64,000 nucleotides of DNA from Adineta vaga (taxonomy: Eukaryota > Animalia > Rotifera). Positions 26,501 through 39,500 of this stretch are shown here, piece by piece. The notes beneath the pieces are model-generated. The model saw only the letters and a list, made by a program, of their open reading frames with translations. It had not been told where the DNA came from and did not search any database. A program made the translations under genes and the position numbers. Numbering within the stretch: position 1 is the first letter of the stretch; each line of letters opens with the position of its first letter. The stretch lies in the NCBI GenBank assembly GCA_021613535.1, contig CP075492.1, positions 6,076,001 to 6,140,000 on the forward strand, in the 5' to 3' direction.

Positions 26501-27108
26501 GAACGAGTACTTTAATAGTCGATGAAGGAACGCAAAATCTACGTCTACATACATCGCTAAACATTTTTCATATTACTCTAATTCATTCATTCTTTTATGG
26601 AAGACACGTCCGACTCGTACTGTACTTTATATCCTGATTATCACAGGACTTGTGAATAATAATTATATATATATATGCGTGGAAATATATATAAATTGAT
26701 GTATACGTGTGAATAGAAGATTGTGTTGTTCTATCAACGGAAGACAAAGAATAAATTTGATCGAATATTTAATTCTTTCTTTCTGATATTTACACAGGTG
26801 AGAAAATGAACAGTTCGATAATTCTACTCATAATTCTATATGAATTGAATAACAAGATAATAAATGTAGGTGATGATCGATGACATTTATTTAAGAATGA
26901 CAGATGCTGCTGTACTATTGAGGCGCATACGAATGACAAAAAATGGTCTCTATGGAACATAAAGAAAAAGAGAAAAAAAGGGGAGGAACAACGTGTAACT
27001 GTTTTGTTGCTTGCCATTTTTTGTTTCCCCAAAATGAAAGAGAAAGAGAGAATGAATAGGAAATGGTAGAAGTTCGATTAATGTTCTAGACTATGTTTTT
27101 TCCTTTGT

Positions 27109-27114
<6 letters not shown>

Positions 27115-27143
<29 letters not shown>
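27115..27143. repeat. (TA)n microsatellite (similar tracts at ~13854-13873 and ~15643-15665)
   Basis: Directly visible dinucleotide run. Confidence 0.9.
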
Positions 27144-27149
<6 letters not shown>

Positions 27150-27896
27150 TGCATTTTGACATGTCTGAAACAGTTGTGTCAAGTTTAGACTGAGGACGTA
27201 TATAAACAAACATTAGAAAAGATTCTTAGCTTCTTTTTTTTCGAAACGAGATTTATACTTAAATGAATATGTGATCGAGCATTTTAATTAAATTGTCATT
27301 CTTCTCTATCTTGTTGTACATTAAATACAAACTATATGCCTGTTTTCTATCGATGTTGAGAATAGTAAAGTCTGTAATAATGAAAGGAGATGATCTTTTT
27401 CTTGCAGACTTGGCCGAAAAAAAAAGAAAACGAAAACAAGTATTAAGATCTTTTATCTGTTTCGTTGGACATCATTGTCATTGTTCGAACGATGATTATT
27501 GTTTTCAGTAGAACAAGAAACGCAGACAGAGAGAAGAGAGAGAGAGAGGCAGAAACTCTCAAGGGAAAGATAAGATAGGCTAGAAACAGTCAGATTTATT
27601 CTCTTTCTCTGTGTCTCTCCTTGGGTTTCTCGTTTTCTTTCTTTTTTCAGAAAGAACAGCAATGTTATTTATTATTTCATGTTATTTTGTATGTAACAAA
27701 TGCTTTTAGAATATATTATATTGTTGATATGATAAGGGTGACTAGGTGAAAAAGGTTATTTTCGACACCTTTATCATCATATGGCATCATCCGTTTGGTT
27801 GCCTTTATTTCTTACCTATTACCCAAGTTCAATACAACAAATCGACTATAAACTATTCTGTCAAATTGAAACAAAGTCAAAATCATTTCAATATTT

Positions 27897-30800
27897 ATGT
27901 TCATCGATTCGATGGACTGTTTTCTTACTTACAATCTTACATGTATCAATGGTACATATACCCAAATAAATTCATCAACGATTATTTTTGGCGATGCACT
28001 TCGACCCAATCTTCTTGCTATTGATGATCATTCATCGAATGATCTGTCAACAACAACAAACTCTCCAATACCTACATCGATACTTGTGTCTGTACAACAT
28101 TGTATTATAACAGTTCTTATACTTGGTACAATCATTTTATCTACAATAACCGGAAATATTTTAGTAATTGCTGCTATTATTCTCGAAAAAAGTCTCCATT
28201 CAGTTGCTTATTATCTTTTTGTGTCATTAGCTGTAACCGATTTAATGATTGCTTCGATGGTAAGTGAGAAATTTTATTTCTGCTTTTCTTTTTCTCCGTT
28301 CATCGCTATCTAAACGATCAATAGGAAATGTTTAATTCCATTCATGCAATGTGATATGCATTTTAAATCGTATGTTTACTAGTCAACTGTAGTTATCTAT
28401 TCGTCGAGAACTTGATGATGTGCTAATGTCATAGAGAAGCTTGGCTGTTATATAAATACAAGAGAATTACAGGAATTTTCTTCTTGCTTGATTTTGACAC
28501 CCACATATATTTGTCATGTTTTTGTTGTACTCTCGAGCAATGAATCAAACTTGATTTTTTCGATAATATACATATGTTTCCAAGAAGTTTTATTTCTAAA
28601 TGATTAAGTAAAAAAACTCAATCTTTGGTTCTCTCATTAGCTCGTTCTTCAATTGCCGTTATTTATTAAAGAATAAATAAATAAATAAATAAATAAATAC
28701 ACTTCACTCGTTGATTTTTATCAGAATAAGAACAGATAATTGGTCGTTCGACATGATGTTTCATTTCAGACATAAATAAACGATATGACAGAGAGTAAGA
28801 ATCACAAATAGATCTTTTGTATAGAACAGATGAAGAGTAGAGTTTCTCAAGAAGAAAAAAAAAGGTTGACAGAAACCAGCAACCAAAACAGTTAGTCGGA
28901 TTGTTATTGTTGTTTTTTGTTTTGTTGTTAGTATTATTGACGAGAAAAATGAGTGACGATCGAAATGGATAGAAAGCAAAAAAACAATCTCGTTTCGGCT
29001 CGTTTATTTCTTATTTCCGTCGTGCATGGTCGCAATTTGATTTCATTATTATGATTATTATTATTCAATGCCACGCACAATTTTCTCCTTATTGTAGAAA
29101 TCTAGAAAACGATGATTTCATTATCTATTTCTTTTTTTCTGTGTTGTATTTTATGCTTCGTCCGTTGTTATACAATAAAAATGAAAAGGAAACAAAATAT
29201 TTCTCTAGCGAATATAGTTACCTTCATTAAGCGCTTATACATTTACATAGACAAGTCTCGAAATAGAAAGAAGAAAAGAAAAGGGAAACATTAGCATTCG
29301 AGATGAGGCATGTTAGCCGTTTGATTAAACATGTCGATCAACAATAACAGCATAGAAAAGTTAGTCAGTCGAATTATCTGCTTGTCACTCAATATTAGCA
29401 TCTTTTCTTTTCTTCTTTTTTTCCTCAATGATTATCCTTGAGGTTCTTTTCGAACAGAGAAAACAGAAGAAGAAGAAGAGTTTCGTCTATTTTTGTATTA
29501 GTTATATGTATACCTCATTCACTAACTCATGCATACATACATCAGTCTTTGTCAGTCAAGTGGATATATCATAAAATAAATAGATTTTGCGAAGATAAAT
29601 TTTGCATTCAAGCACGAAGATAAGAGATATATTGATTCTTTTGTTGAATGTTTATAACAATGTCTATCAACAAAATCTATCAATTTGTTTAATTTCTTGT
29701 CAAGTGTTCTTAATATGTATACAAATATTAGTTAGAAGAAGGAATTGATGACGAAATAGTTAACAGATGTTTTTTTTCATCGAAGAAAATCTTTATTAGA
29801 ATGATATCATCTTGACTATTTGATTTGATAAAGATCTTTTTCTCTTTTGCTCTATAGGTTATGCCAATAGCTGTTCTAAAAGAAGTGACACGTTCATGGG
29901 TGCTTGGATCTATCATATGCGACATTTGGGTTGCAATTGATTTGTTATGTTGTACAGCTTCAATTTTACACCTTCTTGCTATTGCACTTGATCGTTATTG
30001 GGCTATTACTAATCGTAAGTGACTATTATTGTCACTAATCAAAAATGACAAATATCTTTTTTTCTTAAACTTTTTATTTATTATTCAATTAACACAAAAT
30101 CATAAATCTTATGATCTATAAAAGGTTTTCGAGTAGAAATATGCGTTCTATTGATTAGTCAAAACAAAATCTTTTCTAATAGAAACTTTATTCAGTTAGA
30201 CACGATGCTAAAAATGATCTATAAATTGTTATGATAAACTTTAGATATGTTTATATTTTCATCATCAATATTAGCGAGAGTATAAAAAAGAATAGCAAAT
30301 TTCTTTTCTTCGAAACATTATTAATTAGTAGAGTGTAGATTTAATCAAACTTAAATGAAGCATTGAAGATAATCTGATAGTTCTTTATCGACTCAAATCT
30401 CTTTCGATTAAAGATATATCAACGTTGTCATAAGTTTCAGCATAATTATTCAGTACTTGAGATAACGAAATCAATTAACATATCCTTTTTCTCTCCATAG
30501 TGGACTATGCAACAAAACGTACACCACTTCGTGTTCTTATTTTAATATGTGTTGTATGGGTTACTGCAATTCTTATATCAAGTTGTCATTTATTACCTAT
30601 ATTTCGCGACAAACGTCGTCGTCCAGCAGATCAATGTCATATTACTGGTAATGTTCTTTATACACTTTTTTCGACTGTTGGAGCTTTTCATATTCCATTG
30701 ATTGGTATGTGTATAATTTATTGGAAAATCTTTCAAGCAGCCAAATTTCGTATACGTCGAAAAGCATTCAATATGAATGCATCAGCATCACCGATTTCAA

Positions 30801-31549
30801 TTCATCAACAACATGAAGCAATTACTCCATCACCATTATTAACACCAAAACAACATATTGATCTACGAAAATCTCCATTAAATCGTTTAAAATTTTTAAA
30901 ACACCATCGTAATGGAAATCATCATGGACTTGAAATTGAACCGGACAATCCATCGACTTGTTCATTACCAGCATCTTTTCATAATGATTATCAATTAAAA
31001 TCCTTAAAGAAGTCGGTGACACCCGTAATGAAAAGAAATCAAAAGAAAAAGAATGAAAATAAAATTCATCAGCAAACAAATCATTTTCTTACAACACCAG
31101 ACCGTTTAAGAACAACATCATTTAGTAATGATTTACCATTACCTATTCATACAATTCATAATCCATTATCAGCACCAAATTGTTCACCATCAAATTCACC
31201 ACGTCTTCATGATTCACATTTGATTGTTACTGATATTAATAATACAGCTGTAACAAAATCTTCCGCAGCTATTTCAAGAAAAAAGATCGATATTAAACGT
31301 GAACGTAAAGCAACAAAAGTTCTTGGTGTAGTTATGGGTTGTTTTATTCTATGTTGGTTACCTTTTTTCATTGAAGAAACAATTTGTGGAATCTTTCGAT
31401 TGACTATACATGAAAAAGTTATCAGTGTATTAACGTGGCTAGGTTATTTCAATAGTCTTTTAAACCCTGTGATTTATACAATCTTTGCGCCGGATTTTCG
31501 ACAAGCATTTGGAAAAATTCTCTTTGGAAAGTATCGAAAACGACGATAA
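27897..31549 (+). CDS. Class A aminergic GPCR, serotonin 5-HT1-like; exons 27897-28259, 29858-30014, 30501-31549
   Basis: [47 protein letters not shown] (D3.32, DRY), [48 protein letters not shown]; long ICL3 and short C-tail typical of Gi-coupled 5-HT1. Confidence 0.88.
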
Positions 31550-32906
31550 TGAACTTTTTCAATGGTAATATCAATAAACATATATTTGTATTGTTTTCTT
31601 TTATCTTCTTCAAGTATATATGTATACATATACCGGTTGTTAAAACAATTTTTCTTTCTTTTCAAATCATATTTTTATTCAACATAAAGTTATTCTACTA
31701 TGAAATATCTTTTATTCATATCATCACTCTATGAATTTCGTTGTTTATGTTAATATTTTTCAGACAAATGGCATGTCATGGGTACGCACTGTTTTTTTTA
31801 AGAAGCTTGATGACAGAGTGTTAATGAGAACCATCAAGATTTTTTCTTGGAATAGAGAGCGGCTCGTCTCGTCTATCAGTATTAATATATAGATAGACAG
31901 ATGATAATAGCTTGAAACAACTAAACAAGTATCAAAGTTCATTCTTCTGATAATATACAATCGTTAAAGTACAAGTCGTATCTTTCAACATCATTTAATA
32001 TTTACTAAAAACATGAAAACTATTGTTAGATATATTACACATCTTCTAATATGATTTTAAACAAAACAAAATGAATGCATATATAAATGAGAATATTGCA
32101 AACATAGTGCAGTCACGCGAAATGATCTTTATGAAGGCCTAGATATCTAATATGATCGCTGAGATAACACCTGGAGGAGATATTATAATAATATAATGTG
32201 ATGATTAATGAGTCCAGGGATCAAATTAGATTAGATCATAACTGATTCGACTGTTTGAAATAATCTGTATTGTTCTCTTCTCGACTCGTTTATCTTTTTG
32301 AGTATATTCTCTATTTAATAAGTATCTCAAAACTATTTTGCAAATGTTTCTGACGTAAATACGACGTAGGTAAATATTTCCACCCACTACATTTTCTAAA
32401 GAATTACATATCTAATTGAATACTTTTCTTTCTAAAACAATTGAAATACTTGAGAAGATATTGAATTCAAGGAGATTATTCGACGAAGAGATATACAATA
32501 TGATTATTCATCTATTGAATTGATTTGCAATTTTTTTAAAGTACTCTTCGAAAATAATTACAAACTATATAAGACATCTTTTCATGTTCAACTAAGAGAC
32601 ATTAAAGAAAACGTATTCAAAAGCGTCATTTATCGTGCATTTAAGAATTCCTTGATCCCGACTACTAGCAGCATTACAATTTGTTTCAACAGGTAACCAA
32701 AACATTTTGATTCTCTCGTAGAATTTGATTTATTCAAACATCTCTTTCTTAAACTTCAACAAAGTTTCCTGCTGTATTTAAAAGAAAATCTGTGTAAATC
32801 AGTTATTCTAATTAGAAAATAAAGAAAAAGAAATTCATCAAATCTTCAATTTAATCTTTTGTTCAGAAATCAAAACATAAGTTTATCCGTTTTCTTTCAG
32901 ATCAAA

Positions 32907-33191
32907 ATGGCATCTTTCATTAGAAAAACACTATACATACTTCTGGTCTTCTTTGTCATCACTCAATTCATTACTGCTTATCGTGTACCCGAAGATAGTG
33001 ATATCGAAGAACAAACAACTATAGATGCGGATTTATCAGAAATTAATCATAATGATATACGAAGTGTTTTATGGCCAAAAATATGTTACCCTTCGTTGAA
33101 AAGACGAAATAATTATCCAACAGCAGCAGGTGGACGTAGCATACAATTTATCAAACGAAGTGCTCGAAAATGTAATGCATATTTTAAATAA
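32907..33191 (+). CDS. Small secreted prepropeptide (neuropeptide/hormone-like)
   Basis: Signal-peptide-like MASFIRKTLYILLVFFVITQFITA, acidic pro-region, dibasic sites KRR/KR/RK, two Cys. 5'UTR intron (GT ~32693 to AG 32899-32900); TATATAA at ~32567. Confidence 0.7.
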   Translation: MASFIRKTLYILLVFFVITQFITAYRVPEDSDIEEQTTIDADLSEINHNDIRSVLWPKICYPSLKRRNNYPTAAGGRSIQFIKRSARKCNAYFK

Positions 33192-36100
33192 GAAAATCAA
33201 TTTAAAATCATCGAACAGAAATATACTTCAACATATCCATTTATGGTTAAATACACAATTTCAATCATCTTTTTTTTTGCTCTCGCTCTCTCTTTCTCTC
33301 TTGTATTTCATAATTATATAATTTCGAAAAATACAATGAGAACGATAGTCATTTAAAGATCTTTTTCAAATGAAACAAATACTCATTGTGTTGAACTACT
33401 ATATCCAATTAGTATAAGATGATGTTTTCTCATCTGTATATGATCGAGAGAAAATTATGTTAATTAAAGTATTGTATATACCATTGCAATAGATTTCAGG
33501 CAAAAGAAAAATATTCTGTACTGAATAATGCCAAGCAAACATCTTGGAAGTTTTACTGTGAAATAGTTCATTGTCATTCTATAATAGCAAAAATTATTTT
33601 TAATTATAAAGAATACTTCTTGGTTGTCCTTAGACTTTCATCTTGTTCGCTAATGCTGTTGATCGACAGAGATATTATCAACATGATCTTTCTTTCGGTT
33701 GACTAAAGACGACAACAGTTAAGTCATTTTACATGTCATCAACGAATAGAAAGTCGAAAGGCAACTGCTCCTATCATTGAATAATCTGGTAATGAGAAAC
33801 AAAAACCATATTCATGTGTCGAGAAATGACTTTCATTGAATTAATTGATAATTCAAAAGATAAGGTTAAATGTTAATTGAATAGAGGATGTATTAAACTA
33901 TGTTCATCGGTAAGGTCAATGATGATTGTTAACTCCTAGAAATCAATTATGATTGGATTAGATTAAATGTTGTCCAGAATTATTGCATCTTGAAATACTT
34001 TTTTCTCCTCTCTCGTTCTCTTCTGTAGTCACTAATGATGTTTGATAAAAGGAGATTTTAACCTTTTGACAATTGTTATATGTCCGGTCATAGAATGGAA
34101 AGACTAATCGAGAGAAGAATTTTTTCACAATCTGTTGTCAACAATGGATCTCCTTCTTTACTACATATGAAGGTCATAGTGTTGTTATGAATTAAACTGA
34201 TATTTTCATTTGAAATATAACTAATGAGGCCTTATTAACAAATGATGATAGTAAAATTTTGTTCGATTAAAATGATTATTTTGTCTTGTGTCATTATTTT
34301 TCTTTTCTAATTTGATCAAAATCAAAAAGAACGATAAAAATGAACATATATATATATATATCTACTCAAACGTTCATTCATTCACATCATCATATGTCTC
34401 GCGGCTAGATAGAAAAGCGATGTTGGTCGCTCTAAAGAAGAAGAAGAATTCATCGTCCTCTTTCTCTCGTCTGTTCATAGATGATAGTTCGAAATTGATT
34501 GTTCGTTCGTTTCTTTATTCTACAAATTGCGCCATATATAAACGATTAGACTATCGTGAACCGATTTGATAGTGCATGTCATAAAAATTGATCAATCGAG
34601 ACAAACAGACTTTTGTTCACACGTGCATCTAGGTAATATAGAATAAAAGATTATTTCAAGATCATTATTTAGCGGATGCTTTTGAACTGACGGTAGTTTT
34701 AATGCCTTTTATTGATAATCAATTGACCGATGCATAGATGTGAATATTGATAGTTCTAACGTACTATGAAACTTCGCTTTTTTTCTATCGTTTCTTATCT
34801 TATTTACAAAACACACATGTACATTTATCTAGTTAAGATTACATGTCGTCGGTATAGGAAACAGACCATATATTAGTTCAATGTGCTCGTTTTTTTCCTC
34901 CTCTTTACAACTAATCCTCTAATGGTCAGTCAGGTTTACATCACATCTTTCATAATATTTGATTTTCTATCTTTATTCTCTCTCGAAGAGTCAACTTTTG
35001 TTTTATTTTATTCTTCTCATATGTTAAATTATGTTAATGTAGAAGGGTTACAGGTGAGTATGATCATATTCAATGATGATGATTATTAACATCTTTCATC
35101 ACATATATATATATATGATTTTGGAGACTGTTTTCTTTTTTGGACAATAGAAGAAAAGAGACTTCAATCGAGTTGAATGCGTTCATTCTTATATATGTTT
35201 GGTATTTTATTTTAAATGACTTGATACATCATTTTAACGAACTCGCGTCCGATTTTGAATGGTTATCAACATGTAATAGCGGTATATATAGAGTCGCCTC
35301 CTTTCAAAATCTAAACGATGAAATATGAAAGCATACAATGATGACCTGATTGCGTTATATGATTTATTGAATGACGTTTTCTTTTCTCCGCTATTTTGAC
35401 AGCTTTGATAGAAGACATTTAGAAGAGTCATCTATATTTTATTCACAATCTTATTCTGTCTGGTAATATTTAAGTGTGTCGAACAATTATCGTCTCTGTT
35501 GTACTATTTCAAATGATATTAATCAATGATATATATTCATTTTGTTGATATGGTTGGACAAAATACTTGACATAGAACACTTGTCGGTAGTGTCTATAGA
35601 AGCAAAGCAGCAACAACAACTTAAAGGTCATCAAGAGATATTTTTATCTCCATGTATGTACATGTCATTCCTTTCGTCTCTTTTTAATGTTCTTGAACCG
35701 TACGGTCATTCTATCCGATACAATTCAGTGAGATTAACCTTGAAAAGAAGAAATAGAAAAAAAGAGGAAATAGTTCATTGAAAAAATCTTAATAATTACT
35801 ACTATGCTGATGACTGATAGTCCATTCTTTTCTCTCCGGCTATATACTTGATTGCTTTTTTGTCATGGGAATTAAGAAGTCGTCACATCTGCTTAGTTGA
35901 CAAATGATAATGATGAGAAAAGAAACTATTTTTTCTTTTTTCGACATGTTGATCATCGACGGTATTATAATAGAAATCTTCTTAGACAATCTTTATCCAC
36001 AGATTTCTTGTCATCTGATTAATCTATGTTAATAGATTCGTATCCAACCGAAGACAAGGATTGATATTGTTGTTTTCCTATATCGATAAAATTTGTCAAG

Positions 36101-36529
36101 ATATAAGAACAATGAAGGATTAATCCTTCATTAATTAGTTTTAACAAGCGGTACATATAGAAATGACCTTGACACAATGATCTTTTTCAGTCAAACGAAA
36201 TGTGTGAACATTTAATGAAGTGTAATTTTAAATCTGACCATCGTCGTCTATCACCATTTATTGTGAATGTAACAAGAAGAAAAGAGAATTAACCGTGTCA
36301 CCTATGAGTGAAAATGATTTGTACCATGTATGAAACATCAGATGACAAGATTGATTGTACAAGGAGAAATTTTTCTTATACTGCGATAAACATATACAGC
36401 AGTTGTCAATTATCAGCATTTCTTCTCATATTTTTTTGATTTTTTTCAGATTACCAAAGCCAAGAACGATGTTTCTTGACATTATCATTTAATTAATTAT
36501 CCATATACATACATACATACTTACAAGAG

Positions 36530-39500
36530 ATGAATGATCAGAATTCAACTCTTCATCCAGTGTCAACACCGAAATCATCTGGGTAATTAGTTTTCACATC
36601 GAGTGATTGAATGTATTTTACTATTGTCGTGTGTTTTTTTTAATTCTCATCGTTCTTATTTTTATACATGAAAAGACAAGCGAAACAGACGATACTTCAC
36701 AAAAAATCTCACATTGAAATTTGATGAATAAAAAAAAACTTAATGACTAGAAGACCTCTTATTGTAATAGTGATGAATTGAACAGAATGTACATCTAGTT
36801 TTATGTAAGCACTTTCATGATGTTAATGTGTTATAGGCCAGATACTATATGAAATACGACGAGTGGGAGAGAAAAGAAGAAAGAGGGAAGCATTTTGAAA
36901 ATAAATACGAATGAGAACATTATGTGACCATAGTGCGTAGTATACACTGTCAAGATCTGAGGGTACAAGAAATGTTTACATGAAAAGTAAGGTTAGAGAC
37001 TAAAAATGACGAAGGATATCGTAGAAATAGAACAGAATTGCAAGAAGGAAGAAGAGAGAGAGAGCATATGTATGCAAAAATATAAAAGAAATCATGTATA
37101 GTTAATAACCTTGAAGAAAACTATCGGAGAAATAATTTCTTTTCCTTAGATATTAGTTGAGAAATAAGACAATATTTCTGATTGTATTTTGGTAGAAATA
37201 TGAGATCAATGCGAAGTAATGAGTTTATCAGATCTTTTTCTGATACTATGAGACATTTTTTAACTTCAAAGAGAAACCATACAAATAAACTTAGTCTATT
37301 ATAAAATCAGATCTGTCATCTCTTATTCTCTACGTGACCAACATAAGAATGCGTGGGTGAATGAATATTAGAAGAAAAAAAAGATTGGGTTGATGTGAAT
37401 TGAGAGTTCGCTTTTTCTAACTGTTTCTTCACTATAAACTATTCTATACAATCAGTCCATCTGTCCTTGTTCTTCGGGCAAACACCAGCTGGTACTTAAC
37501 GAATTAGAATGTCAAATTCTCTTCTATAACTATTCCAATCCTTGAGAATTTTGTCATATTCATCGATATAATATCCCCTATCTTCTTTCAATCGTCTAGT
37601 CAAATAAAATTTCCAATTAATATCTTCCTATTCGTTTATTTAACTATATCCATAACGACAAGATTTATTATCTTGATAAACTATTTACTAACCAGTTTTC
37701 TTCTTCGATGATCATACTTGCTTCGTATATATGTTTTAATTGCCATTGTATATATATATATATATTACAAATAGATACATTCACCTGAGCCATTCTTTGA
37801 GAGTAGAAAGGTCATATCAATTCCCCATAAGAAAAAAATAGTCATCTGTTCAAAATCATCTGAAGACTAGGTTCTTTTCTATTCATTAGTACATATATAT
37901 ATATAGAGGTGTATATGTACAATCAATTGTTTGTTTTAGGCGTAATCAAAAACGACAAGAATTTTGGAATGGGACACTTGTAGACGATTATAATTTTCTT
38001 ATGTCTGAGGAACTAATTTGTCATTGTAAAGTAAGTTCTTTTACTAATTCAACAAGAAAATGTACTTCTATGATGTGAATCTTTTTAAATTTTATTTAGA
38101 GCTCTCTTGGAGAACCTTTTACATCTTTGAATGATCTCGCTGTTCATCATGTATCTTACAATGAATTTGAAAAGCAATATATAGAATTATTTGAATGGTG
38201 TGAAAAAATTTCGAGTATAATCAAACAGATTTCTTCAAATACATTAACTTGTTATCTTCGACAAGTAAGTCGATCGAAATGAAAACAAATGAATTTTCTA
38301 AATTTACTTTTTTGGATTTAGAAATATTATGAAGAATTATATGAACAAGGTTTGATGCGTTTGCGAATGTTTAATCAATACTCTAATAAATTAATTGAAC
38401 GTTTCCCGGAAATTAAACTTGTTATTGAAAAGAAAATGGAAATGATTTATCAAATATGGAATGGACTTGAAGCACGTTTTATTGGTTATTTAGACGAAGA
38501 TTTTGAACGAATTCTTCAAGGTTTTTTTTTCTTTCTGTTTGGAAGAAGAAAATAATCAATGATTTCTATTGTTTTCTATTAGATTTACACAATGAATTAT
38601 TTTTATTTGAAGAATGGATTTGTGAAATTGAAGAACAATTACTTCGACTGAATTTAAATCGACATGAAAAGATTTTCTCTGAAGATCTTCAAGAACTAAT
38701 GGTAAGAATTTGATTGACACTTTCGAAAAGATATCGAATCAAGAAATTGATTGATTTAGAAATTACAAGAAGAAATTAAGTCAAAAAATAGTCGAGTTTC
38801 ATCTGTTATTGAGATATGTCAACGATTAAGAAAAGATTATCAACAAGAAAGTGATCAAATTCCAATGGATTATGCAAGTGATCTGGAAAATCGTTGGCAT
38901 CAAATATGGATTAATGCAATGGAAATTCAATGTAAATTAGAAGAGAAATTCAAAGTAAGTAGATCTATTTTCATGTTTGTTCTGCGCTTATCAACAACAA
39001 AAAAAAAGAATCTAATCATTTACTGATCTGTGTATGACATACATACATATTCAAAAAGAAAAAAAGATATACATCGCGACTGCAATTCATGCCATTTAAC
39101 CTTTTCCTATACAGTTGTTATGTATTCTACATGTCATCGCTATACTTAAATGACATGCACGTTCGCTATGAATGACCCATTGGGTTACCATCCTTAGGTA
39201 TTCTAATAATATCATCTTCTGTTAATTATTAACTGATGTTACATAGAGCTAAGAAATGACCTGTGGATGTAGATGTTGAATTTCTTTTTCTTCTTCTTCT
39301 CCTCCTTCAATGACAAGACACACACATAGTTCACATGTATTGAAGAACGAATAGAACGCGCAACCGTTCATATTTCATTTTGCTTACATGCTGTGTTACG
39401 TTTCATTCTCTTGTATTTTTTTTTGTTCATTGTCTAATCATTCCATGCCTAATATTTGTTTGATTAAATGAACGGAAGCGAACGTTTTTTACTTACAATA

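Noticed and set aside
23600-27700. Numerous 60-120 aa F/I/K-rich ORFs
   Set aside because: Translations of poly-T/poly-A/microsatellite UTR and intergenic DNA, often with non-ATG starts.
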